From Convolutriloba macropyga (Eukaryota): a DNA stretch of 64,000 bases. The stretch spans positions 1 through 64,000 of the forward strand of contig NW_027450122.1 in NCBI RefSeq assembly GCF_964194025.1. The letters run 5' to 3'. The notes below the pieces were generated by a model. The model searched no databases. It saw only the letters and a program-made list of their open reading frames with translations, and was not told the origin of the DNA. Of this stretch, positions 1 to 12,100 are shown in pieces; positions within the stretch are counted from its first letter, which is position 1; every line of letters begins with the position of its first letter. The translations under genes and the position numbers were made by a program.

Positions 1-153
1 TAGCTCGAGCTTGAGCTTGAGCTAGCTGGCTTGAGCTTGCTAGCTTGAGCTTGAGCTTGCTAGCTTGAGCTTGCTAGCTTGAGCTTGCCAGCTTGAGCTT
101 GAGCCTGCTGGCTTGAGCTTGAGCTTGCTAGCTGCAGTTAGAGCTAACTTGAG
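1..153 (+). repeat. Compound GAGCTT/AGCT microsatellite in histone spacer (downstream-of-H2B type spacer)
   Basis: Matches spacer sequence at ~2116-2270 and ~5709-5863 that follows H2B. Confidence 0.9.
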
Positions 154-206
154 CTCTCTGCCAATCAGAGTGCGAGAAAAGCGCTCCCAAATAGCCTAAC
201 AGTGGC

Positions 207-498
207 AGCCAATCAGAGTGCGAGAAAAGCGCTCCCAAATAGCCTAACAGTGGCAGCCAATCAGAGAGCTAGAAAATCAAAATTGCATAGAATATAAGTA
301 CCTGCAGCTCTGAGCAGAGGTGAAGGTCCGAGCAGGCTTGCTCGGGCATAGGCGAAGGTCCGAGCAAGCCTGCTCGGACCTTCACCGCTGCTCAGAGCTG
401 CAGGTACTTATATTCTATGCAGTTTTGATTTTCTAGCTCTCTGATTGGCTGCCACTGTTAGGCTATTTGGGAGCGCTTTTCTCGCACTCTGATTGGCT
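207..498. repeat. Long near-perfect inverted repeat (~139-bp arms) made of CCAAT 48-mer plus fold-back element
   Basis: agccaatcagagtgcgagaaaagcgctcc...gaaggtccgagcaggcttgctcgg is mirrored by ccgagcaagcctgctcggaccttc...ggagcgcttttctcgcactctgattggct. Confidence 0.9.
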
Positions 499-600
499 TA
501 GCAACATAAGGGTTTTTGGAACGCATTTTTAACTTAGGTAGCCATATGTGAGTCTGGGTAACAACCATTTACAACAGACGAAGAAACAAGACGAAGAGAG

Positions 601-1002
601 ATGTCAGGCAAAGGAGGCAAATCGAAGAGCGGCAAGGTGGGAGCTAAGGCCAAGACCCGATCAAGCCGAGCTGGACTGCAGTTCCCCGTGGGCAGAATCC
701 ACCGATTCATCCGCAAGGGCAACTACGCTGAGAGGGTGGGAGCTGGAGCCCCAGTGTACCTTGCTGCTGTGCTTGAGTACTTGACTGCTGAGATCTTGGA
801 GCTTGCTGGCAACGCTGCTAAGGACAACAAGAAGTCGAGAATCATCCCCCGACACTTGCAGCTCGCTATCAGAAACGACGAGGAGCTGAACAAGCTGCTG
901 CAAGGAGTGACCATTGCTCAAGGTGGTGTGCTACCCAACATCCAAGCAGTGCTCTTGCCCAAGAAACAGTCTTCCTCTCAGCCCAAGTCTGACAAGAAGT
1001 AA
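601..1002 (+). CDS. H2A: Histone H2A (replication-dependent type)
   Basis: Translation contains [16 protein letters not shown]...[26 protein letters not shown]...[20 protein letters not shown]; intronless; 3' stem-loop. Confidence 0.99.
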   Translation: MSGKGGKSKSGKVGAKAKTRSSRAGLQFPVGRIHRFIRKGNYAERVGAGAPVYLAAVLEYLTAEILELAGNAAKDNKKSRIIPRHLQLAIRNDEELNKLLQGVTIAQGGVLPNIQAVLLPKKQSSSQPKSDKK

Positions 1003-1031
1003 AGAAGCTTCTAGCTTGCTACTTCAACACC

Positions 1032-1047
1032 GGCCTTTTTAAAGGCC
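1032..1047 (+). promoter_or_regulatory. Histone mRNA 3' stem-loop (SLBP site)
   Basis: GGCCTT-TTTA-AAGGCC followed by ACCA: 6-bp stem, 4-nt loop. Confidence 0.95.
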
Positions 1048-1151
1048 ACCAAACCTTCGAAGTTACCTTACTGGCTTCAGCTTACTACCTAGCAAGCTCA
1101 AATTAAGCTAAATGTCTTATTTTAAGCTCGAATTGAGGTATTTGAACTTCA

Positions 1152-1402
1152 TTCAAAAACCCTTATTTGGTTCAGCCAATCAGATTGCGAGAAAGTGTTA
1201 GGCTATTTGGGAGCTCTTTTCTCGCACTCTGATTGGCTGAGAGCTCAATATACTGTTAGGCTACTTTGGGAGCTCTTTTCTCGCACTGTGATTGGCTGAA
1301 AAAGTGACGTGGAAGCCGGCGTGCCTGCGTGGCTGTTTTCTCACACTGTGGTTGGCTAAGCTCGAATATGGGCTTTTGAACGACTTTTTATATTTAGGTA
1401 GC
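1152..1402. promoter_or_regulatory. H2B promoter region with multiple CCAAT/ATTGG boxes and flanking inverted TTCAAAAACCCTTAT / ATATGGGCTTTTGAA motifs
   Basis: agccaatcag and ctgattggct copies; same motifs recur upstream of the other histone genes. Confidence 0.65.
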
Positions 1403-1486
1403 AAAAAAGTTGGGTGCCCCAACCCAACCCAACACAACTACAACTACAACTAGTAAAAGAGGAGCAGCAGAGGACAGCAAGAGGAA

Positions 1487-1855
1487 ATGGCACCCAAAGT
1501 GAGCGGCAAAGCAGTGAAGAAGGCAGGCAAGGCACAGAAGAAGCCCTCTGGTGACAAGAAGAAGAAAAAGAAGAGGAGAGAGACCTACTCCCTCTACATC
1601 TACAAGGTGCTGAAGCAGGTCCACCCCGACACTGGCATCTCCTCCAAAGCTATGTCGATCATGAACTCGTTCGTGAACGATATCTTTGAGAGGATAGCTG
1701 GAGAAGCTTCGAGACTGGCCCACTACAACAAGCGATCAACCATCTCAAGCCGGGAGATCCAGACTGCAGTGAGGCTCTTGCTACCAGGAGAGTTGGCCAA
1801 GCACGCTGTGAGCGAGGGAACCAAAGCTGTGACCAAATACACCAGCTCCAAGTAA
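1487..1855 (+). CDS. H2B: Histone H2B
   Basis: [86 protein letters not shown]. Confidence 0.99.
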   Translation: MAPKVSGKAVKKAGKAQKKPSGDKKKKKKRRETYSLYIYKVLKQVHPDTGISSKAMSIMNSFVNDIFERIAGEASRLAHYNKRSTISSREIQTAVRLLLPGELAKHAVSEGTKAVTKYTSSK

Positions 1856-1885
1856 AGTCCGTTGCTACTTAAGCAACAACACACA

Positions 1886-1901
1886 GGCCTTTTTAAAGGC
1901 C
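1886..1901 (+). promoter_or_regulatory. Histone mRNA 3' stem-loop
   Basis: GGCCTTTTTAAAGGCC-ACCA. Confidence 0.95.
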
Positions 1902-2013
1902 ACCAAACCTTTTGAAGTTAACTTAATAGCTGCAATGAAGCTCAAAACAAGCTAACTTGAAGCTAAAAACCTTATTTTCAAAGTTGCCGGTACCCTTATT
2001 CTATGTATTTTCG

Positions 2014-2272
2014 AGCTATAGCTAGCTCGAGCTCAACTTAGCTAGCTTGAGCTAGCTAGTTTGAGCTTGAGCTAGCTAGTGTGAGCTTCAGCTAGCTAGT
2101 GTGAGCTTGAGCTAGCTAGCTCGAGCTTGAGCTTGAGCTAGCTGGCTTGAGCTTGCTAGCTTGAGCTTGAGCTTGCTAGCTTGAGCTTGCTAGCTTGAGC
2201 TTGCCAGCTTGAGCTTGAGCCTGCTGGCTTGAGCTTGAGCTTGCTAGCTGCAGTTAGAGCTAACTTGAGCTC
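2014..2272 (+). repeat. Compound GAGCTT/AGCT microsatellite in H2B-H3 spacer
   Basis: Runs of ttgagc and tagc units. Confidence 0.9.
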
Positions 2273-2275
2273 TCT

Positions 2276-2416
2276 GCCAATCAGAGTGCGAGAAAAGCGC
2301 TCCCAAATAGCCTAACAGTGACAGCCAATCAGAGTGCGAGAAAAGCGCTCCCAAATAGCCTAACAGTGGCAGCCAATCAGAGTGCGAGAAAAGAGCTCTA
2401 AAATATCCTAACAGTT
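2276..2416 (+). promoter_or_regulatory. Three tandem 48-bp CCAAT modules upstream of H3
   Basis: gccaatcagagtgcgagaaaagcgctcccaaatagcctaacagtg(g/a)ca x~3; NF-Y-like RRCCAATCAG. Confidence 0.75.
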
Positions 2417-2459
2417 GATTCAAGCTCTAAGCCAATGAGAGATCACTAGTTCGGGGTAG

Positions 2460-2942
<483 letters not shown>

Positions 2943-2969
2943 AAAGCTATCAGCTCTCCAACCCAAAAC

Positions 2970-2985
2970 GGCCTTTTTAAAGGCC
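2970..2985 (+). promoter_or_regulatory. Histone mRNA 3' stem-loop
   Basis: GGCCTTTTTAAAGGCC-ACCA. Confidence 0.95.
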
Positions 2986-3087
2986 ACCAAACCTTGCAAG
3001 TTAACTAACTAGCTTCAAGCTAGCTTATAATAAGCTCAAAACAGCTTAAAACTCTTATTTTGAGCTGGAGTTGAGGTATGCCAACAT

Positions 3088-3326
3088 TTTCAAAAACCCA
3101 TATTTAATTCAGCCAATCAGAAAGCGAGAAAATCAAAAGTGAATAGAATAAGTGTTTATGCAGCTTCTAGCAGCTGTAAGGTACGAGCAAGCTACCTCGG
3201 AGCCTGAGTAATGTACGAGTAAGTTACCTCGGCCTTCGGAAGCTCCCTAGCTGCAGAAACACTTATTCTATGCATTCTTGATTTTCTCGCTCTCTGATTG
3301 GCTGAGCGAAATATGGGTTCTTGAAA
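3088..3326. repeat. Imperfect inverted repeat (fold-back element) in H3-H4 spacer
   Basis: tttcaaaaacccatattt..cagccaatcagaaagcgagaaaatcaa..atagaataagtgtttatgcagct mirrored by agctgcagaaacacttattctat..ttgattttctcgctctctgattggctg..aaatatgggttcttgaaa. Confidence 0.85.
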
Positions 3327-3413
3327 GGTATCTCTATGGCTCGTTTCAAGTTGAAATATGGGTTTTTGAAGGTGTCAGCTCTCGACCAATCACATTGCGA
3401 GAAAATACAGTGA

Positions 3414-3797
<384 letters not shown>

Positions 3798-3827
3798 GCT
3801 CTGAGCAGCTCTACCTCAACACAAACA

Positions 3828-3843
3828 GGCCTTTTTAAAGGCC
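3828..3843 (+). promoter_or_regulatory. Histone mRNA 3' stem-loop
   Basis: GGCCTTTTTAAAGGCC-ACCA. Confidence 0.95.
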
Positions 3844-4193
3844 ACCAAACCTTCTAAAGTTACCTTACTAGCTAGTAAGCTCAAGCTATGTAGCTAGCAA
3901 GCTCAAAACAAGCTAATTGTCTTAATTTAAGCTTGAGTTGAGGTATCTGAACTTTGTTCAAAAACTCTTATTTCTTTCAGCTAATCAGAGTTCGAGAAAC
4001 TGTTAGGCTATTTGGGAGCTCTTTTCTCGCACTCTGATTGGCTGCCACTGTTAGGCTATTTGGGAGCGCTTTTCTCGCACTCTGATTGGCTTAGCAACAT
4101 AAGGGTTTTTGGAACGCATTTTTAACTTAGGTAGCCATATGTGAGTCTGGGTAACAACCATTTACAACAGACGAAGAAACAAGACGAAGAGAG

Positions 4194-4595
4194 ATGTCAG
4201 GCAAAGGAGGCAAATCGAAGAGCGGCAAGGTGGGAGCTAAGGCCAAGACCCGATCAAGCCGAGCTGGACTGCAGTTCCCCGTGGGCAGAATCCACCGATT
4301 CATCCGCAAGGGCAACTACGCTGAGAGGGTGGGAGCTGGAGCCCCAGTGTACCTTGCTGCTGTGCTTGAGTACTTGACTGCTGAGATCTTGGAGCTTGCT
4401 GGCAACGCTGCTAAGGACAACAAGAAGTCGAGAATCATCCCCCGACACTTGCAGCTCGCTATCAGAAACGACGAGGAGCTGAACAAGCTGCTGCAAGGAG
4501 TGACCATTGCTCAAGGTGGTGTGCTACCCAACATCCAAGCAGTGCTCTTGCCCAAGAAACAGTCTTCCTCTCAGCCCAAGTCTGACAAGAAGTAA
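4194..4595 (+). CDS. H2A: Histone H2A, second copy
   Basis: Same protein as 601..1002, offset 3593 bp. Confidence 0.99.
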   Translation: MSGKGGKSKSGKVGAKAKTRSSRAGLQFPVGRIHRFIRKGNYAERVGAGAPVYLAAVLEYLTAEILELAGNAAKDNKKSRIIPRHLQLAIRNDEELNKLLQGVTIAQGGVLPNIQAVLLPKKQSSSQPKSDKK

Positions 4596-4624
4596 AGAAG
4601 CTTCTAGCTTGCTACTTCAACACC

Positions 4625-4640
4625 GGCCTTTTTAAAGGCC
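4625..4640 (+). promoter_or_regulatory. Histone mRNA 3' stem-loop
   Basis: GGCCTTTTTAAAGGCC-ACCA. Confidence 0.95.
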
Positions 4641-5079
4641 ACCAAACCTTCGAAGTTACCTTACTGGCTTCAGCTTACTACCTAGCAAGCTCAAATTAAG
4701 CTAAATGTCTTATTTTAAGCTCGAATTGAGGTATTTGAACTTCATTCAAAAACCCTTATTTGGTTCAGCCAATCAGATTGCGAGAAAGTGTTAGGCTATT
4801 TGGGAGCTCTTTTCTCGCACTCTGATTGGCTGAGAGCTCAATATACTGTTAGGCTACTTTGGGAGCTCTTTTCTCGCACTGTGATTGGCTGAAAAAGTGA
4901 CGTGGAAGCCGGCGTGCCTGCGTGGCTGTTTTCTCACACTGTGGTTGGCTAAGCTCGAATATGGGCTTTTGAACGACTTTTTATATTTAGGTAGCAAAAA
5001 AGTTGGGTGCCCCAACCCAACCCAACACAACTACAACTACAACTAGTAAAAGAGGAGCAGCAGAGGACAGCAAGAGGAA

Positions 5080-5448
5080 ATGGCACCCAAAGTGAGCGGC
5101 AAAGCAGTGAAGAAGGCAGGCAAGGCACAGAAGAAGCCCTCTGGTGACAAGAAGAAGAAAAAGAAGAGGAGAGAGACCTACTCCCTCTACATCTACAAGG
5201 TGCTGAAGCAGGTCCACCCCGACACTGGCATCTCCTCCAAAGCTATGTCGATCATGAACTCGTTCGTGAACGATATCTTTGAGAGGATAGCTGGAGAAGC
5301 TTCGAGACTGGCCCACTACAACAAGCGATCAACCATCTCAAGCCGGGAGATCCAGACTGCAGTGAGGCTCTTGCTACCAGGAGAGTTGGCCAAGCACGCT
5401 GTGAGCGAGGGAACCAAAGCTGTGACCAAATACACCAGCTCCAAGTAA
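5080..5448 (+). CDS. H2B: Histone H2B, second copy
   Basis: Same protein as 1487..1855, offset 3593 bp. Confidence 0.99.
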   Translation: MAPKVSGKAVKKAGKAQKKPSGDKKKKKKRRETYSLYIYKVLKQVHPDTGISSKAMSIMNSFVNDIFERIAGEASRLAHYNKRSTISSREIQTAVRLLLPGELAKHAVSEGTKAVTKYTSSK

Positions 5449-5478
5449 AGTCCGTTGCTACTTAAGCAACAACACACA

Positions 5479-5494
5479 GGCCTTTTTAAAGGCC
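5479..5494 (+). promoter_or_regulatory. Histone mRNA 3' stem-loop
   Basis: GGCCTTTTTAAAGGCC-ACCA. Confidence 0.95.
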
Positions 5495-6030
5495 ACCAAA
5501 CCTTTTGAAGTTAACTTAATAGCTGCAATGAAGCTCAAAACAAGCTAACTTGAAGCTAAAAACCTTATTTTCAAAGTTGCCGGTACCCTTATTCTATGTA
5601 TTTTCGAGCTATAGCTAGCTCGAGCTCAACTTAGCTAGCTTGAGCTAGCTAGTTTGAGCTTGAGCTAGCTAGTGTGAGCTTCAGCTAGCTAGTGTGAGCT
5701 TGAGCTAGCTAGCTCGAGCTTGAGCTTGAGCTAGCTGGCTTGAGCTTGCTAGCTTGAGCTTGAGCTTGCTAGCTTGAGCTTGCTAGCTTGAGCTTGCCAG
5801 CTTGAGCTTGAGCCTGCTGGCTTGAGCTTGAGCTTGCTAGCTGCAGTTAGAGCTAACTTGAGCTCTCTGCCAATCAGAGTGCGAGAAAAGCGCTCCCAAA
5901 TAGCCTAACAGTGGCAGCCAATCAGAGTGCGAGAAAAGCGCTCCCAAATAGCCTAACAGTGGCAGCCAATCAGAGAGCTAGAAAATCAAAATTGCATAGA
6001 ATATAAGTACCTGCAGCTCTGAGCAGAGGT

Positions 6031-6179
6031 GAAGGTCCGAGCAGGCTTGCTCGGGCATAGGCGAAGGTCCGAGCAAGCTTGCTCGGGCAAAGGCCAAGGT
6101 CCGAGCAAGCTTGCTCGGGCAAAGGCGAAGGTCCGAGCAAGCTTGCTCGGGCATAGGCGATGGTCCGAGCAAGCTTGCT
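6031..6179 (+). repeat. 30-bp minisatellite (gaaggtccgagcaagcttgctcgggcawaggc), ~5 copies, each with an internal palindrome
   Basis: Direct reading; ccgagcaagcttgctcgg is self-complementary. Confidence 0.85.
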
Positions 6180-6197
6180 GCTGTGCTTGAGTACTCA

Positions 6198-9100
6198 AGC
6201 TTGAACTAGCTTGAGTTAGCTTGAGCTAGCTTGAGTTAGCTTGAGTTAGCTTGAGTTAGCTTTAGCTAGCTTGAGTTAGCTTGAACTAGCTTGAGTTAGC
6301 TTGAGTTAGCTTGAGTTAGCTTGTCTTAGCTTTAGCTAGCTTGAGCTAGCTTGAACTAGCTTTAGCTACCTTGAGTTAGCTTGAGTTAGCTCGGGTTAGC
6401 TTGAGTTAGCTTGAGTTAGCTTGAGTTAGCTTTAGCTAGCTTGAGTTAGCTTGAGTTAGCTTGAGTTAGCTTGAACTAGCTTGAGTTAGCTTGAGTTAGC
6501 TTGAGTTAGCTTGAGTTAGCTTGAGTTAGCTTGTCTTAGCTTTAGCTAGCTTGAGTTAGCTTGAACTAGCTTTAGCTACCTTGAGTTAGCTTGAGTTAGC
6601 TCGGGTTAGCTTGAGTTAGCTTGAGTTAGCTTGAGTTAGCTTTAGCTAGCTTGAGTTAGCTTGAGTTAGCTTGAGTTAGCTTGAGTTAGCTTGAATTAGC
6701 TTGAGTTAGCTTGAGTTAGCTTTAGCTAGCTTGGGTTAGCTTGAGCTAGCTTGAGTTAGCTCGGGTTAGCTTGAGTTAGCTTGAGTTAGCTTTAGCTAGC
6801 TTGAGTTAGCTTGAGTTAGCTTGAGTTAGCTTGAGTTAGCTTTAGCTAGCTTGAGTTAGCTTGAACTAGCTTGAGTTAGCTTGAGCTAGCTTGAGTTAGC
6901 TTGAGTTAGCTTGAGTTAGCTTTAGCTAGCTTGAGTTAGCTTGAACTAGCTTGAGTTAGCTTGAGCTAGCTTGAGTTAGCTTGAGTTAGCTTGAGTTAGC
7001 TTTAGCTAGCTTGAGTTAGCTTGAACTAGCTTGAGTTAGCTTGAGTTAGCTTGAGTTAGCTTGAGTTAGCTTGTCTTAGCTTTAGCTAGCTTGAGCTAGC
7101 TTGAACTAGCTTTAGCTACCTTGAGTTAGCTTGAGTTAGCTCGGGTTAGCTTGAGTTAGCTTGAGTTAGCTTGAGTTAGCTTGAGCTAGCTTGAGTTAGC
7201 TTGAGTTAGCTTGAGTTAGCTTTAGCTAGCTTGAGTTAGCTTGAACTAGCTTGAGTTAGCTTGAGCTAGCTTGAGTTAGCTTGAGTTAGCTTGAGTTAGC
7301 TTTAGCTAGCTTGAGTTAGCTTGAACTAGCTTGAGTTAGCTTGAGTTAGCTTGAGTTAGCTTGAGTTAGCTTGTCTTAGCTTTAGCTAGCTTGAGCTAGC
7401 TTGAACTAGCTTTAGCTACCTTGAGTTAGCTTGAGTTAGCTCGGGTTAGCTTGAGTTAGCTTGAGTTAGCTTGAGTTAGCTTTAGCTAGCTTGAGTTAGC
7501 TTGAGTTAGCTTGAGTTAGCTTGAACTAGCTTGAGTTAGCTTGAGTTAGCTTGAGTTAGCTTGAGTTAGCTTGAGTTAGCTTGAGTTAGCTTGTCTTAGC
7601 TTTAGCTAGCTTGAGTTAGCTTGAACTAGCTTTAGCTACCTTGAGTTAGCTTGAGTTAGCTCGGGTTAGCTTGAGTTAGCTTGAGTTAGCTTGAGTTAGC
7701 TTTAGCTAGCTTGAGTTAGCTTGAGTTAGCTTGAGTTAGCTTGAGTTAGCTTGAATTAGCTTGAGTTAGCTTGAGTTAGCTTTAGCTAGCTTGGGTTAGC
7801 TTGAGCTAGCTTGAGTTAGCTCGGGTTAGCTTGAGTTAGCTTGAGTTAGCTTTAGCTAGCTTGAGTTAGCTTGAGTTAGCTTGAGTTAGCTTGAGTTAGC
7901 TTTAGCTAGCTTGAGTTAGCTTGAACTAGCTTGAGTTAGCTTGAGCTAGCTTGAGTTAGCTTGAGTTAGCTTGAGTTAGCTTTAGCTAGCTTGAGTTAGC
8001 TTGAACTAGCTTTAGTTAGCTTGAGTTAGCTTGAGTTAGCTTGAGTTAGCTTGAGTTAGCTTGTCTTAGCTTTAGCTAGCTTGAGTTAGCTTGAACTAGC
8101 TTTAGCTACCTTGAGTTAGCTTGAGTTAGCTCGGGTTAGCTTGAGTTAGCTTGAGTTAGCTTGAGTTAGCTTTAGCTAGCTTGAGTTAGCTTGAGTTAGC
8201 TTGAGTTAGCTTGAGTTAGCTTGAATTAGCTTGAGTTAGCTTGAGTTAGCTTTAGCTAGCTTGGGTTAGCTTGAGCTAGCTTGAGTTAGCTCGGGTTAGC
8301 TTGAGTTAGCTTGAGTTAGCTTTAGCTAGCTTGAGTTAGCTTGAGTTAGCTTGAGTTAGCTTGAGTTAGCTTTAGCTAGCTTGAGTTAGCTTGAACTAGC
8401 TTGAGTTAGCTTGAGCTAGCTTGAGTTAGCTTGAGTTAGCTTGAGTTAGCTTTAGCTAGCTTGAGTTAGCTTGAACTAGCTTGAGTTAGCTTGAGCTAGC
8501 TTGAGTTAGCTTGAGTTAGCTTGAGTTAGCTTTAGCTAGCTTGAGTTAGCTTGAACTAGCTTGAGTTAGCTTGAGTTAGCTTGAGTTAGCTTGAGTTAGC
8601 TTGTCTTAGCTTTAGCTAGCTTGAGCTAGCTTGAACTAGCTTTAGCTACCTTGAGTTAGCTTGAGTTAGCTCGGGTTAGCTTGAGTTAGCTTGAGTTAGC
8701 TTGAGTTAGCTTTAGCTAGCTTGAGTTAGCTTGAGTTAGCTTGAGTTAGCTTGAACTAGCTTGAGTTAGCTTGAGTTAGCTTGAGTTAGCTTGAGTTAGC
8801 TTGAGTTAGCTTGAGTTAGCTTGTCTTAGCTTTAGCTAGCTTGAGTTAGCTTGAACTAGCTTTAGCTACCTTGAGTTAGCTTGAGTTAGCTCGGGTTAGC
8901 TTGAGTTAGCTTGAGTTAGCTTGAGTTAGCTTTAGCTAGCTTGAGTTAGCTTGAGTTAGCTTGAGTTAGCTTGAGTTAGCTTGAATTAGCTTGAGTTAGC
9001 TTGAGTTAGCTTTAGCTAGCTTGGGTTAGCTTGAGCTAGCTTGGGTTAGCTCGGGTTAGCTTGAGTTAGCTTGAGTTAGCTTTAGCTAGCTTGAGTTAGC

Positions 9101-12100
9101 TTGAGTTAGCTTGAGTTAGCTTGAGTTAGCTTTAGCTAGCTTGAGTTAGCTTGAACTAGCTTGAGTTAGCTTGAGCTAGCTTGAGTTAGCTTGAGTTAGC
9201 TTGAGTTAGCTTTAGCTAGCTTGAGTTAGCTTGAACTAGCTTGAGTTAGCTTGAGCTAGCTTGAGTTAGCTTGAGTTAGCTTGAGTTAGCTTTAGCTAGC
9301 TTGAGTTAGCTTGAACTAGCTTGAGTTAGCTTGAGTTAGCTTGAGTTAGCTTGAGTTAGCTTGTCTTAGCTTTAGCTAGCTTGAGCTAGCTTGAACTAGC
9401 TTTAGCTACCTTGAGTTAGCTTGAGTTAGCTCGGGTTAGCTTGAGTTAGCTTGAGTTAGCTTGAGTTAGCTTGAGCTAGCTTGAGTTAGCTTGAGTTAGC
9501 TTGAGTTAGCTTTAGCTAGCTTGAGTTAGCTTGAACTAGCTTGAGTTAGCTTGAGCTAGCTTGAGTTAGCTTGAGTTAGCTTGAGTTAGCTTTAGCTAGC
9601 TTGAGTTAGCTTGAACTAGCTTGAGTTAGCTTGAGTTAGCTTGAGTTAGCTTGAGTTAGCTTGTCTTAGCTTTAGCTAGCTTGAGCTAGCTTGAACTAGC
9701 TTTAGCTACCTTGAGTTAGCTTGAGTTAGCTCGGGTTAGCTTGAGTTAGCTTGAGTTAGCTTGAGTTAGCTTTAGCTAGCTTGAGTTAGCTTGAGTTAGC
9801 TTGAGTTAGCTTGAACTAGCTTGAGTTAGCTTGAGTTAGCTTGAGTTAGCTTGAGTTAGCTTGAGTTAGCTTGAGTTAGCTTGTCTTAGCTTTAGCTAGC
9901 TTGAGTTAGCTTGAACTAGCTTTAGCTACCTTGAGTTAGCTTGAGTTAGCTCGGGTTAGCTTGAGTTAGCTTGAGTTAGCTTGAGTTAGCTTTAGCTAGC
10001 TTGAGTTAGCTTGAGTTAGCTTGAGTTAGCTTGAGTTAGCTTGAATTAGCTTGAGTTAGCTTGAGTTAGCTTTAGCTAGCTTGGGTTAGCTTGAGCTAGC
10101 TTGAGTTAGCTCGGGTTAGCTTGAGTTAGCTTGAGTTAGCTTTAGCTAGCTTGAGTTAGCTTGAGTTAGCTTGAGTTAGCTTGAGTTAGCTTTAGCTAGC
10201 TTGAGTTAGCTTGAACTAGCTTGAGTTAGCTTGAGCTAGCTTGAGTTAGCTTGAGTTAGCTTGAGTTAGCTTTAGCTAGCTTGAGTTAGCTTGAACTAGC
10301 TTTAGTTAGCTTGAGTTAGCTTGAGTTAGCTTGAGTTAGCTTGAGTTAGCTTGTCTTAGCTTTAGCTAGCTTGAGTTAGCTTGAACTAGCTTTAGCTACC
10401 TTGAGTTAGCTTGAGTTAGCTCGGGTTAGCTTGAGTTAGCTTGAGTTAGCTTGAGTTAGCTTTAGCTAGCTTGAGTTAGCTTGAGTTAGCTTGAGTTAGC
10501 TTGAGTTAGCTTGAATTAGCTTGAGTTAGCTTGAGTTAGCTTTAGCTAGCTTGGGTTAGCTTGAGCTAGCTTGAGTTAGCTCGGGTTAGCTTGAGTTAGC
10601 TTGAGTTAGCTTTAGCTAGCTTGAGTTAGCTTGAGTTAGCTTGAGTTAGCTTGAGTTAGCTTTAGCTAGCTTGAGTTAGCTTGAACTAGCTTGAGTTAGC
10701 TTGAGCTAGCTTGAGTTAGCTTGAGTTAGCTTGAGTTAGCTTTAGCTAGCTTGAGTTAGCTTGAACTAGCTTGAGTTAGCTTGAGCTAGCTTGAGTTAGC
10801 TTGAGTTAGCTTGAGTTAGCTTTAGCTAGCTTGAGTTAGCTTGAACTAGCTTGAGTTAGCTTGAGTTAGCTTGAGTTAGCTTGAGTTAGCTTGTCTTAGC
10901 TTTAGCTAGCTTGAGCTAGCTTGAACTAGCTTTAGCTACCTTGAGTTAGCTTGAGTTAGCTCGGGTTAGCTTGAGTTAGCTTGAGTTAGCTTGAGTTAGC
11001 TTTAGCTAGCTTGAGTTAGCTTGAGTTAGCTTGAGTTAGCTTGAACTAGCTTGAGTTAGCTTGAGTTAGCTTGAGTTAGCTTGAGTTAGCTTGAGTTAGC
11101 TTGAGTTAGCTTGTCTTAGCTTTAGCTAGCTTGAGTTAGCTTGAACTAGCTTTAGCTACCTTGAGTTAGCTTGAGTTAGCTCGGGTTAGCTTGAGTTAGC
11201 TTGAGTTAGCTTGAGTTAGCTTTAGCTAGCTTGAGTTAGCTTGAGTTAGCTTGAGTTAGCTTGAGTTAGCTTGAATTAGCTTGAGTTAGCTTGAGTTAGC
11301 TTTAGCTAGCTTGGGTTAGCTTGAGCTAGCTTGAGTTAGCTCGGGTTAGCTTGAGTTAGCTTGAGTTAGCTTTAGCTAGCTTGAGTTAGCTTGAGTTAGC
11401 TTGAGTTAGCTTGAGTTAGCTTTAGCTAGCTTGAGTTAGCTTGAACTAGCTTGAGTTAGCTTGAGCTAGCTTGAGTTAGCTTGAGTTAGCTTGAGTTAGC
11501 TTTAGCTAGCTTGAGTTAGCTTGAACTAGCTTTAGTTAGCTTGAGTTAGCTTGAGTTAGCTTGAGTTAGCTTGTCTTAGCTTTAGCTAGCTTGAGTTAGC
11601 TTGAACTAGCTTTAGCTACCTTGAGTTAGCTTGAGTTAGCTCGGGTTAGCTTGAGTTAGCTTGAGTTAGCTTGAGTTAGCTTTAGCTAGCTTGAGTTAGC
11701 TTGAGTTAGCTTGAGTTAGCTTGAACTAGCTTGAGTTAGCTTGAGTTAGCTTGAGTTAGCTTGAGTTAGCTTGAGTTAGCTTGAGTTAGCTTGTCTTAGC
11801 TTTAGCTAGCTTGAGTTAGCTTGAACTAGCTTTAGCTACCTTGAGTTAGCTTGAGTTAGCTCGGGTTAGCTTGAGTTAGCTTGAGTTAGCTTGAGTTAGC
11901 TTTAGCTAGCTTGAGTTAGCTTGAGTTAGCTTGAGTTAGCTTGAGTTAGCTTGAATTAGCTTGAGTTAGCTTGAGTTAGCTTTAGCTAGCTTGGGTTAGC
12001 TTGAGCTAGCTTGAGTTAGCTCGGGTTAGCTTGAGTTAGCTTGAGTTAGCTTTAGCTAGCTTGAGTTAGCTTGAGTTAGCTTGAGTTAGCTTGAGTTAGC

